Positions 9,330 to 19,861 of a DNA stretch of 23,139 bases are shown piece by piece (the stretch's first letter is position 1; the number at the start of each line of letters is the position of its first letter). This DNA is from Octopus sinensis (taxonomy: Eukaryota): positions 1-23,139 of the forward strand of contig NW_021823905.1 in the NCBI RefSeq assembly GCF_006345805.1, in the 5' to 3' direction. The translations under genes were made by a program, and so were the position numbers. The notes beneath the pieces are model-generated. The model did no database searches. It was not told where the DNA came from and saw only the letters and a list, made by a program, of their open reading frames with translations.

Positions 9330-9570
9330 CTTTTCTACTCTAGACACAAGGCCCGAAATGTTTTGGTGGGTTTTTTTTTGCGGCGGGCAGTCGATTAGAT
9401 CGACCCCACTACGCAACTGGTACTTAATTTATCAGTGCCGAAAGAATGAAAGGCAAAGTCGACCTCACCGGCGAAATACCTATTTCTTTACTACCCACAA
9501 GGGGCTAAAAACAGAGAGGACAAACAAGGACAGACACACGGATTAAGTCGATTATATCAACCCCAGTGAG
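9327..9570 (-). mobile_element. Deu/Nin-type SINE composite, minus strand
   Basis: Reverse complements of the tail GTAAAGAAATA, junction GGTATTTCG, core GTCGACTTTGCCTTTCAT and GATAAATTAAGTACCAGTT. Confidence 0.8.
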
Positions 9571-9574
9571 CAGG

Positions 9575-9738
9575 AAAGAAATAAGAAACGTTAGAGTTCA
9601 AATTCCGCCGAGGTCGACTTTGCCTTTCATCCTTTCGAGGTCGATAAATTAAGTACCAGTTGCGTATTTGAGTCGATTTAATCGACTGACCCCTCACCCA
9701 AAATTTCGGGCCTTGTGTTGTGCCTTGAGTAGAAAAGA

Positions 9739-9742
<4 letters not shown>
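9575..9742 (+). mobile_element. Deu/Nin-type SINE, 5'-truncated, plus strand
   Basis: GAGTTCAAATTCCGCCGAGGTCGACTTTGCCTTTCATCCTTTCGAGGTCGATAAATTAAGTACCAGTT with tail GGGCCTTGTG..GAGTAGAAAAGAATA. Confidence 0.85.
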
Positions 9743-9833
<91 letters not shown>

Positions 9834-10189
9834 TGTGCTTGTGTGTGTGTGTATATATATATGCATGTGTAACTAACCTGCCTTTTCATGCATAGCTTAT
9901 CTAGGACTACGTTATGCAATGTGTTCTTCCCATATTTGCATATTTGTTTCTTCTCTGAGACGGGAGAGAGTGGCTACATATATATTGTTTTCTCATTCTC
10001 TCTTCTTGGCTTTGTATTGCTCTGTATGAGTGCACGCGCGCACGCGCGCACGCGCGTGTATGATTATGTGTGTGTGCACATATGTGTGTGTGAGTGCGCG
10101 CACTCGTGCATATGTGTGTGTGTATGTGTCGATGTGAGTGTACGTATGTCTGTTTATCTGCGTATGCGTGTGTGTGTGTGTACGTGTGC

Positions 10190-10844
10190 GAGAGAGAGGG
10201 GGGAGAGAAACAAAGAGAAAGAGAGGGAAAGAGAAACAGCAAGAAAGAGAGAGAGAGAGAAAAAGAGCTTGAACGAAAGAGGGAGAGAGAGAGAGAGGGA
10301 GGGAGAGAAACAAAGAGAAAGAGAGGGAGAGAGAATCAGCAAGAAAGAAAGAGAGAGAGAGAAAAAGAGCTTGAACGAAAGAGGGAGAGAGAGAGAGAGG
10401 GAGGGAGAGAAACAAAGAGAAAGAGAGGGAGAGAGAAACAGCAAGAAAGAAAGAGAGAGAGAAGGAGAGGAAAGAGCATGAAGGAAAGAGGGAGAGAGAG
10501 AGAGGGAGGGAGAGAAGCAAAGAGAAAGAGTGGCAGAGAAAAACAGCAAGAAAGAGAGAGAGAGAGAAAGAAAAGAGCTTGAACAAAGAGGGAGACAGAG
10601 AGAGAGAGAGAGGAGGGAGAGAAACAAAGCGAAAGAGAGGGAGAGAGAAACAGTAAGAAAGAGAGAGAGAGAGGGAGGGAGAGAAACAAAGCGAAAGAGA
10701 GGGAGAGAGAAACAGTAAGAAAGAGAGAGAGAGGGAGGGAGAGAAACAAAGCGAAAGAGAGGGAGAGAGAAACAGTAAGAAAGAGAGAGAGAGGGAGGGA
10801 GAGAAACAAAGAGAAAGAGAGGGAGAGAGAAACAGCAAGAAAGA

Positions 10845-10876
<32 letters not shown>

Positions 10877-11210
10877 AATGAATGAAAGAGGGAGAGAGAG
10901 AGAGAGAGAAAAAGAGCTTGAACGAAAGAGGGAGCTTGAACGAGAGAGGGAGGGAGAGAAAGAAAGAGAAAGAGAGGGAGAGAGAAACAGTAAGACAGAG
11001 AGAGAGAGAAAGAAAAAGAGCTTGAATGAAAGAGGGAGAAAGAGAGAGAGAGAGAGAAAAAAAAGAGCTTGAACGAAGGGAGAGAGAGAGAGAGGGAGGG
11101 AGAGAAACAAAGAGAAAGAGAGGGAGAGAGAAACAGTAAGAAAGAGAGAGAGAGAAAGAAAAAGAGCTTGAACGAAAGAGAGAGAGAGAGAGAGAAAGAG
11201 AAGAAAGCGA
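10190..11210. repeat. Purine-rich GA array with higher-order modules
   Basis: Recurrent modules GAGGGAGAGAAACAAAG(A/C)GAAAGA, GAGAGAAACAG(C/T)AAGAAAGA and AAAAAGAGCTTGAACGAAAG separated by (GA)n. Confidence 0.9.
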
Positions 11211-11214
11211 GTTA

Positions 11215-11750
11215 AAAATCGCTACAAGATTCAAACAGCAGCGACACTATTTGTTAAAGCCATCCACAGTTTTCTCCCTTAGACTATTGGCTGCAGCTTC
11301 AAACAGCCCTGACAATACGATACGACGTACAAATGAGGTTCTACGTCACATATATGTAGGCGTGTCGGAATACTGCCCAAGTTTGATGGGTGGAGCTATT
11401 TCCTAATGTGGGCGTTACCAGATAGACGTATATGTCTATGGTAATATGTAAATATCCGTTCCCCCGCTCACTTGTATTGCCCAATGATTTCGCTCTATTT
11501 AATGTCTCAGTTTCTGTGTCTGTGTGTTCGTTACATACAAACAGACTTCGAAATCGTTAGGCTTCGTTATTATCACAGAAGTCAAAGAAAGCGGATGTGG
11601 TGGTGGGGGGGAAAGGGCGTTTCTCAAAAACAAAAAAATAAAGTGGGCGGGATTCATATAGTTAGACGATAGAGGATAGATTTCATTGGTGGTTCCTTTA
11701 AGTAGTTAAATATTAAGGCTTTTAAGCCACTCGCAGTCTCCTTCTAGTTA
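11215..11750. promoter_or_regulatory. Promoter-like unique island
   Basis: CCAAT boxes (11286-11290 reverse, 11481-11485, 11685-11689 reverse), GC boxes (GGGTGGAGC 11388-11396, GGGCGG 11645-11650) and a half-CRE TACGTCA (11342-11348) in CpG-containing unique sequence. Confidence 0.3.
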
Positions 11751-11769
11751 TGTGACACTCCTACTTCTT

Positions 11770-11795
11770 AAGATATTCAGTTTTTTTTCTCATTC

Positions 11796-11827
<32 letters not shown>

Positions 11828-12720
11828 TCCTTATTCTTTCTTTCTCTCTTTTTCTCTCTCTCTCTCTTTTTTCCCTTTTTTCCTATCATTTCTGCGCTTG
11901 GCTCTTTCAAACTCAAACGTCTATTCGCATATACACATACACACATCTACACACACACACATACATATACATACACCAGTACACGCATACGTAGACACAT
12001 ACACACACAGTCACATTCACTCACACGCACACATACACACACACATGCACACACACATAGAATCTCTCTCTTGTTCCTTCTCTCTCTCTCGTTCTCTCTC
12101 TCTCTCCTCTCTCTCACAATCTCTCCCTCCTTCACTTTCTCTATAAATCTCTTTTTATTCCTCCTATCATTCGTATTTCTCCTCCTTCTCCCTTCCCTCT
12201 AGCCCTCCTCCTTCTCCTATTCCACCCCCCCACCACCACCACGATATATACTCTCTACCTGTCCCTGTCCCTCCTTCTCTTCCTCATTATCTCTACTTTT
12301 TATTCACCCATTCCCTATTTTATCTCTCTCTCTCTCTCTCTCCCGCTCTCTTCCACTCTCTATCTCTTTCTATCTTTTACGATAATACTCGCTCGAATCC
12401 TTAAACACACACACACATGGATGCATGTATATGAACACTCACACACAGACACACACATCAATGCATACATACATACATGACAACCCTTTTCTCTCCCTCT
12501 CTCTCCCCTTTTCTCTCCTTACTCTTCCTCTCTGTCACTCCGCCCAACTCCCCCTCTAATGCTCTTCTGTCTCTCTCTATCATTCACCGAATCATTATCT
12601 GCCCCGCCCCCCGCCCCCGCCCCGCCTCCATTCTCGTCCTTCCTATTTCTCTTTCCGCTCACCGTCATTAATATACATATATCTCACTTTCCTCTTCTCT
12701 CTCTCTTTTTCTCACTCTCT
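11770..12720. repeat. Pyrimidine-rich (CT)n and (CA)n low-complexity tract
   Basis: Directly visible. Confidence 0.85.
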
Positions 12721-13042
12721 CTTGTTTCTGTGTATGTGTGTGCGTGCGTGTACGTGTCTGTGTGTGTGTGCGTATGCGTGTGTGTGAATAAAACGGCATA
12801 AAGTCACAATATTACTACAAGGGAGGAGTTTTCCTTCACTTCACAGTTATCTCCCTTTAAGTTTCTAAGTTCAAATCGTGCCGTGGTTGAATTTGTCTCT
12901 TTCAATCCTCTTGGTCCAGATATTTCCTACCAGTAATATACCAGTCAAAAAATATGCACCAGTCGCTCAGTTTAATACTCTCAATTCTACATATGTGAGA
13001 CATTGTTTTAATTTATATATAGTATTTTTCTACACGTACGCA

Positions 13043-13043
13043 C

Positions 13044-13123
<80 letters not shown>

Positions 13124-13124
13124 G

Positions 13125-13177
<53 letters not shown>

Positions 13178-13228
13178 TTGTCTATCTATCTATCTATCTA
13201 TTTGTCTATCTATCTATCTATCTATTTG

Positions 13229-13308
<80 letters not shown>

Positions 13309-13310
13309 CA
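13043..13310. repeat. (TCTA)n tetranucleotide array
   Basis: Directly visible, with occasional TCTG and TTTG variants. Confidence 0.97.
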
Positions 13311-13419
13311 TGTCTGTCTGTCTCTCTTTCTTTCTCCCTCTCATCTTTCTTTCTTTCTCTCACTCTTTCTTTTTCTCTCTCTCTCTATCTATCAATCTAT
13401 CTTTCTAGATCCTTGTCTC

Positions 13420-13593
13420 TCATCTCTCCCTGTATGTGTGTATCTGTGTGTATATATGTTGTGTTCGTGTGTGTGTATATATATATATTATATAGAGAGA
13501 GAGAGAGTGTGTGTGTGTGGGGGGGGAGAGATACAACATGAATAAATCGTGTATATACACATATACACCCATATATATATATATATATGTATG

Positions 13594-13662
<69 letters not shown>

Positions 13663-13722
13663 TAGTATATATATATATATATCATATATCAATAATAACA
13701 GGTAAAATTAATTATTAATTAG

Positions 13723-13756
<34 letters not shown>

Positions 13757-13860
13757 TATATTCATGTTTATATATTCATGTATATTTTATATACGTATAT
13801 ATACGTATATGTAAACGCACATGCTCCCACACCAATGCACATACAACACACATATGTATA
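13420..13860. repeat. (TA)n/(GT)n microsatellite cluster
   Basis: Directly visible. Confidence 0.9.
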
Positions 13861-13997
13861 TATTTGTTTATATGTATTAAGGTTTCCTCATATGTGTTTT
13901 TCTTCATCTCTATGCCCTAAATAGTTTGTCAATAGATTAACGACCAACAAACTGCCCATGAGATGAGCTATCCAGCACCATATTTATGTACATACAC

Positions 13998-14150
13998 ACA
14001 TCCATCCATCCATCCATCCATCCATCCATCCATCCATCTATCTATCTATCCATCCATCCATCCATACATCCATACTCCATCCATCCATCCATCCATCCAT
14101 CCATTCATCCATCTATCCATCCATCAATCAATCCATCTCCCCATCCATCC

Positions 14151-14232
<82 letters not shown>

Positions 14233-14510
14233 GTATCCATCTATCCATCCATCCATCCATCCATCTATCCATCTATACATCTATCAATCCATCCATGCAT
14301 CCATCCATCCATGCATCCATCCATCCATCCATCCATCATCCATCCATCCATCCATCCATTCATCCACCCATCAATCCATCCATCCATCCATCTATCCATC
14401 CATCCATCCATCCATCCATCAATCCATCCATCCATCCATCCATCCATCCATCCATCCATCCATCCATCCATCCATCCATCCATTCATCCATCCATCCATC
14501 TATCCATCCA
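13998..14510. repeat. (CCAT)n array with an internal (TCTA)n block
   Basis: Directly visible. Confidence 0.97.
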
Positions 14511-14691
14511 TGCAAAAGTGCATATGGTATGGTTATGGCTGCCTCCAAAGATGCATGAATCGAATTTGCCCAAGATTAATGTTGCTGTACTGCTTTATAA
14601 CAAGGACACATTGACCAGAAAATATATCTTTGATATCCTAGCCATTGATACTCCAAGGATCTTGAGATGAATGAAGATATAACTTTTAGTG

Positions 14692-14897
14692 ATACTCTTT
14701 TACTTGCTTAAGTCATTTGAATGTGGCCATACTGGAGCACAGCCTTTAGTCGAGCAAATCGACCCCACGACTTATTCTTTGTAAGCCTAGAACTTATTCT
14801 ATCGGCCTCTTTTGCCGAACCGTTAAGATACGAGGACCTAAACACACCAGCATCGGTTGTCAAGCGATGTTGGGGACACAAACACAGACCCACAAAA

Positions 14898-14952
<55 letters not shown>

Positions 14953-15129
14953 CATACATATATACGACCGGCTTCTTTCAGTTTCCGTCTACCAAATCAA
15001 CTCACAAGGCTTTGGTCGGCCCGTGACTATAGTAGAAGACACTTGTCCAAGGTGCTACGCAGAGGGACTGAACCCCAGAACCATGTGGTTGGTGAGCAAG
15101 CTACTTACCACACAGCCACTCCTACGCCT
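14692..15129 (-). mobile_element. Full-length composite SINE: tRNA head + CORE-like domain + (TA)n(TG)n + 3' tail
   Basis: Minus strand AGGCGTAGGAGTGGCTGTGTGGTAAG..GGTTCAGTCCC..ACCTTGGACAAGTGTCTTCTACTATAG..GGAAACTGAAAGAAGCC..microsatellite..CCCCAACATCGCTTGACAACCG..AGTAAAAGAGTATC. Confidence 0.8.
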
Positions 15130-15440
15130 ATACTTGCACTAAAAAAAACAAAAACATACACAGACACAATCAGGGTTGATAAGAATATGCATGAGTATGA
15201 ATATGGTACCCAGAGCTCTCTCTATTCTTTAGATTAGTAACTAACAATGTGTTTGGTATATCAGAACTTATGCCAATATTCGGCTTGGTTGGTTGATGGC
15301 ATTTGTACCAAGAAAGGCTCACTCAATGAATATAGGACCGGTAGAAATTAAAAGAAGACAGTTATATATACATTACTTTGATCTCTCGGGCATTGATACT
15401 CCAATGATCTTGAGATGAATGAAGATATATCTTTTAGTGA

Positions 15441-15631
15441 TACTCTTTTACTCTTTCCTTGTTTCAGTCATTTGACTGTGGCCATGCTGGAGCACCGCCT
15501 TTAGTCGAGCAAATCGACCCCAGGACTTATTCTTTGCAAGCCAAGTACTTATTCTATCGGTAAATTTTGCCGAACCGCTAAGATACGGGGACCTAAACAC
15601 ACCGGCATCGGTTGTCAAGCGATGTTGGGGA
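15441..15631 (-). mobile_element. 3' half of the same SINE family as 14692-15129
   Basis: High identity to 14692-14876. Confidence 0.85.
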
Positions 15632-16076
15632 GCTGTTTGCATACATGAAATCAGAAACTCACAATATGACTTTTTTAAGTATTCGAACTCATACCAATAT
15701 TTGGACCACTCGATTGATGGTCCTTCTACCTACAAAAGGCTCAACCAGGAATATAAGACACGCATGAATAAATTAAAATGTGGTTGTCTGAGCGCCCTGC
15801 AGACATTAAATCAGTGACTCACAATGTGTTAGTTACATTCAAACTCATACAAATATTTGGGATGTTTGACTGCACGCTCAGTGAGGTGGTCTACGTATCC
15901 AGGGCCCTTGATGTCAAAACCTGAAAGCTATTATTTAACTACCTCCAGAAATGTCCATATCAATGGTGGTACTGAACGTATTGACCACCTCTACTCCACA
16001 TTACGAAGCAGAGGTTAACACTGTTTCAAAATGTCTTTGAACGTCGCTTCTTATCCCTTCTGTATCTGTTTTTATA

Positions 16077-16393
16077 TATTTCTTTATTGCCCATAAGGGG
16101 CTAAACATAGAGGGGACAAACAAGGACAGACAAAGGGATTAAGTCGATTACATCGACCCCAGTGCGAAACTGGTACTTTATTCATCGACCCCCAAAGGAT
16201 GAAAGGCAAAGTCGACCTCGGCGGAATCATATGTTTTTATATATTTCTTTATTGCCCGTAAGGGGCTAAACATAGAGGGGACAAACAAGGACAGACAAAG
16301 GGATTAAAGTCGATTACATCGATCCCAGTGCGAAAATGGTACTTTATTCATCGACCCCGAAAGGATGAAAGGCAAAGTCGACCTCGGCGGAAT
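16077..16393 (-). mobile_element. Tandem dimer of a 5'-truncated Deu/Nin-type SINE with an 18-bp TSD
   Basis: Two near-identical units of about 150 bp (16077-16227, 16242-16393). Flanking direct repeat TCTGTATCTGTTTTTATA at 16059-16076 and 16393-16410. Confidence 0.9.
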
Positions 16394-16612
16394 CTGTATC
16401 TGTTTTTATAACCGACAAATACTGAAATACGTCGACAGATCAAATCCGGATACGCGAGCCAGATGACATGATGGTAGCTAGAGAGGAACTTTTCTCAAAG
16501 TATTCCTCCAGCTGATAATCAGAGATAAGCACCCAGAGAAATCGCACAGCTTTAATCGCAACAGAACAAATTAAGGGCTTTCTACTTAACAACCGGAAGT
16601 CCTGCCTTAGAA

Positions 16613-16786
16613 CAATGGTTCTGGACCTTTTTTCTGCCTATGGATCCCTTTGGTTCCTATTGCACTCTGCTAGATCCCCGTGGCCATTCGATGTATATAG
16701 ATAGAGAAAAAATTCTTCTGAATTTTTAAAATTAAATATTGTTAGGAATTGCATAAAAGATAAAAATATTATGTGGTTTGTAGAAG
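16613..16786 (+). mobile_element. Possible decayed hAT-Charlie-type end
   Basis: CAATGGTTCTGGACCTTTTTT..TATGGATCCCTTTG resembles the CAGTGGTTCCCAACCTTTTT..GGACCCC termini of Charlie-type elements. Confidence 0.35.
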
Positions 16787-16847
16787 TATTGGGTTGTCCG
16801 GAAAGTTCGTGCCGATTTCTAGTAGCTTACCTTTCGACTTATATTAA
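16787..16847 (+). mobile_element. Mariner-type terminal fragment (TA + TIR)
   Basis: TA-TTGGGTTGTCCGGAAAGTTCGTGCCGATTT resembles mariner TIRs of the TATTGGGTTG..AAAGTTCG type. No second TIR is seen; the fragment ends in microsatellite. Confidence 0.55.
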
Positions 16848-17320
<473 letters not shown>

Positions 17321-17561
17321 TTTCTCGTATCACACGCAACAGAAGACACCTGTACAATGTGTGACAGATGGAATGGTAAATAGAAATATAATTGATTTTG
17401 ACACAGTCTACCAAGGAGTATTTTACTTAGTGCACTCCTGTCCTTGTTTTGTACTTGTTTCTTTCATTTTTTTTTGTTTTTGTTTAACGCTATCCCGTTA
17501 TTCCAGTTCCACGTTAACAAAACTTGACAATATAAATGCAAGTTCAACTTGCATTTATATT

Positions 17562-17790
17562 GGTTTTAAATTTTGGTACAAGTCCAGTAATTTCGGAGGA
17601 GGGATACCGATCGATTACATCGACCTCAGTCTTCAATTGGTATTTATTTCATCGATCCCTAAAAAAAAAAAAAAAAAATGGAAGGCAAAGTCAACCTCCT
17701 TGGAATTTGAACACGGAACGTAAAGACAGACGAAATGCTGTGAAGCACTGTGTCTCTTGTGCTAACGAATGTGCCAACTCACCAGCTTAA
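17562..17790 (-). mobile_element. Old Deu/Nin-type SINE, minus strand
   Basis: Reverse complement shows the GCTGGTGAGTTGGCAC..TTAGC head, GTGTTCAAATTCC B-box, GTTGACTTTGCCTTCCAT core and CCAAAATTTAAAACC tail. Confidence 0.75.
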
Positions 17791-17855
17791 ACAGATTTCG
17801 TTCTATTATCAAGCATAACAGAATAACATCGTCCCAACTTTACAATTATCCCAAT

Positions 17856-18024
17856 CAGGGCCGCCTTAGCACCATTATAGGGCCCCAGGAAGATCAATGT
17901 ACGGGGCCTTATAGTATTTATTTTATTGACAGTAAGCCACGAAATGCAGAGATCAGATTTGGGCCCCTATCCCGAGAAGCCTCCGGGAAACTGTCCAGTT
18001 TGCCCATGTCTTCAGACGGTCCGG
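17856..18024. mobile_element. Decayed hAT-type MITE, about 169 bp
   Basis: Termini CAGGGCCGCCTTAG and TTCAGACGGTCCGG (9/14 complementary), internal GGGGCCCC motifs, degenerate 8-bp flanks ATCCCAAT and ATCTCATC (5/8). Confidence 0.45.
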
Positions 18025-18473
18025 ATCTCATCATCATATTTAACCTAATATTACATTTAACCCATTAATGATAGGTTAAATGTAATATGTAACCCAATTT
18101 CAAATTTGCACACTATCTCTATTATCTCAATATACTCACATTCCAATATCATAAAAGGAAGGTTGTGAGCTGGTAGACTCGTTAGCTTGTAGTATATTCA
18201 CCGATATAGTGGTAGTACATCTACCGATATATCATACCACCGTTTGATGGTAGTATAACCATCGATGTGTGGAGGCGCGTGGCTTAGTGGTTAGGGTGTC
18301 AGCATCATGATCGTAAGATTGTGGTTTCGATTCAAAATTTCTATATGTGTTTATAAGTATCAGAGTATGGATATGGAACGTGAAATATGAGTTTGTTTGT
18401 TCATATATTTGTGTACATAAGTTCGTACTCACCCTTAATAAATTCTATCATTTCATTCGGTATAGGTACATTC

Positions 18474-18733
18474 GTGGGGGCACGTGGCTTAGTGGTTAGG
18501 GTGTCAGCACCATCATCGCAAGATTGTGGTTTCGGTTCCTGGGCCGGGCGACGCGTTGTGTTCTTGAGCAAAACACTTCATTTCACGTTGCTCCAGTCCA
18601 CTCAGCTGGCAAAAATGAGTAACGCTGCGATGGACTGGCGTCCCGTCCAGTTGGGGAACACATACGCCATAGAAACCGGGAAACCGGGCCCATGAACCTG
18701 GCTAGGCTTTAAAAGGTCGCATTTATTTATTAT
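18474..18733 (+). mobile_element. Full-length tRNA-SINE with V-domain-like core
   Basis: Head GGGGCACGTGGCTTAGTGGTTAGG, B-box-like GGTTTCGGTTCC, CTGCGATGGACTGGCGTCCCGTCCAG (18625-18650, V-SINE-like) and a (TTTA)n tail. A second head-only copy lies at about 18268-18335. Confidence 0.8.
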
Positions 18734-18749
18734 ATCCACCGATGTATTG

Positions 18750-18990
18750 TAGGCCGGCCGAGATGCTTGGCAGCATTTCGTCTGTCCTTACGTTCTTACG
18801 TGTTTAGCGGCGTTTCGTCCGTCTGAGTTTCGTACGTTCTGAGTTCAAATTTTGCCGAGGTCGACCTTGCTTTTTATCCTTTCAGGGTCGATGAAATAAA
18901 GTACCAATTGATCACTGGGGTCGATGTAATGGTCTTATTTCTATCTCTTCTCTAAAGTGCAAGCCTTGTGCCAAAATTTGAAACCGATAT
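18750..18990 (+). mobile_element. Deu/Nin-type SINE, decayed, with local duplication of the ATTTCGTC segment
   Basis: CGTTCTGAGTTCAAATTTTGCCGAGGTCGACC..GTCGATGAAATAAAGTACC..GCCTTGTGCCAAAATTTGAAACC. Confidence 0.75.
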
Positions 18991-19691
18991 TACAGTTTAT
19001 CTGACTAATATCTCTTTTATCTCCATCACACATTACCGACTTCCATATTTAACTCGTACGATTTTAGCCCCAAATCCCGTGACCTAATTTCCTTTTAGCC
19101 GAAATTCTCTCTTTAACCCAGATCTTCTTCAAAGCAACTTGCCATTAAGTCAAGAACACATTAACCTAACATATCAATCGCCCGAGCATCGTATTAAACC
19201 AGCATTCCATTAGTTCAACCATTCATAATTAACCCTCATTACAAATGACCAACTATCATAATTATCTCAATGTCGTAATTACAACATCGTAAGTACAACA
19301 TATTATTATCCCATATCGCAATTATAGCAAGATCGTAATTAATCAGACATCGCCTTAACCTAACAATACGTTAACCCACCGCCATTTTAGCCCAGCATTA
19401 CAACTGACCCTAAATTCGTTAACCTGGCAGCATCTTAACTTATTCTCACATTCATCCAAAAGCATATTAGCTCAAAGTCACATTCAAACAAAGATCATAT
19501 TACCCCATTATCACATTAATCAAACATCACCAGTTAACCCACAATCACGTTTAACCAAGCGCTAAAACAACCCAACAGCATATTTGCCCTACATCAGAAT
19601 AATCCAGCATCACAGTAACCTAACACTACATTAACCCAAGAATGTATTTATCCCAGACCACATTTATCCCATACTATATTAACCCAGTATT

Positions 19692-19850
19692 CTCTTGATT
19701 TCAAATTTTGGCACAAGGCCAGCAATTTCCATAACATCGACCCAAATGTTCAACTGATATTTATTTTATCGATCCTAAAGGGTGCAAGGCAAAGTTGACA
19801 TCGGCGGAATTTGTACTCAGAACGCAAGAACGGACGAAATGCCGCTAAGA
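19692..19850 (-). mobile_element. Deu/Nin-type SINE, minus strand, older
   Basis: Reverse complement CTTAGCGGCATTTCGTCCG..TTCTGAGTACAAATTCCGCCG..GCTGGCCTTGTGCCAAAATTTGAAA. Confidence 0.8.
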
Positions 19851-19861
19851 AACCATGTATT

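Larger units (their letters stand above)
14514..16600 (+). mobile_element. Decayed non-LTR retrotransposon RT/thumb fossil (R2/R4/NeSL-like), interrupted by SINEs and internally duplicated
   Basis: Collinear peptide remnants: SKDA*IEFAQD*CCCTAL*QG (14544-14606; cf. SxDIGMEFGLDKC..L..G), SYQYLDHSIDGPSTYKRLNQEYKTRMNKLKCGCLSA (15689-15796), NSYKYLG..TYPGPL..ESYY..RNVHINGGTERIDHLYSTLRSRG (15842-16015), then TLFQNVFERRFLSL after a frameshift. Comparison is to recalled RLE-type LINE motifs, not a database search. Confidence 0.55.

Noticed and set aside
11283-11406. Plus-strand acceptor TTTTCTCCCTTAG followed by RLLAAASNSPDNTIRRTNEVLRHIY, and minus-strand LFEAAANSLREKTVDGFNK*
   Set aside because: Equally plausible short frames on both strands with no homology or partner exon; not distinguishable from chance
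17343-17375. 33-nt plus-strand microexon candidate (CAACAG|...ATG|GTAAAT)
   Set aside because: Isolated splice-like signals with no supporting neighbouring exons or recognisable peptide
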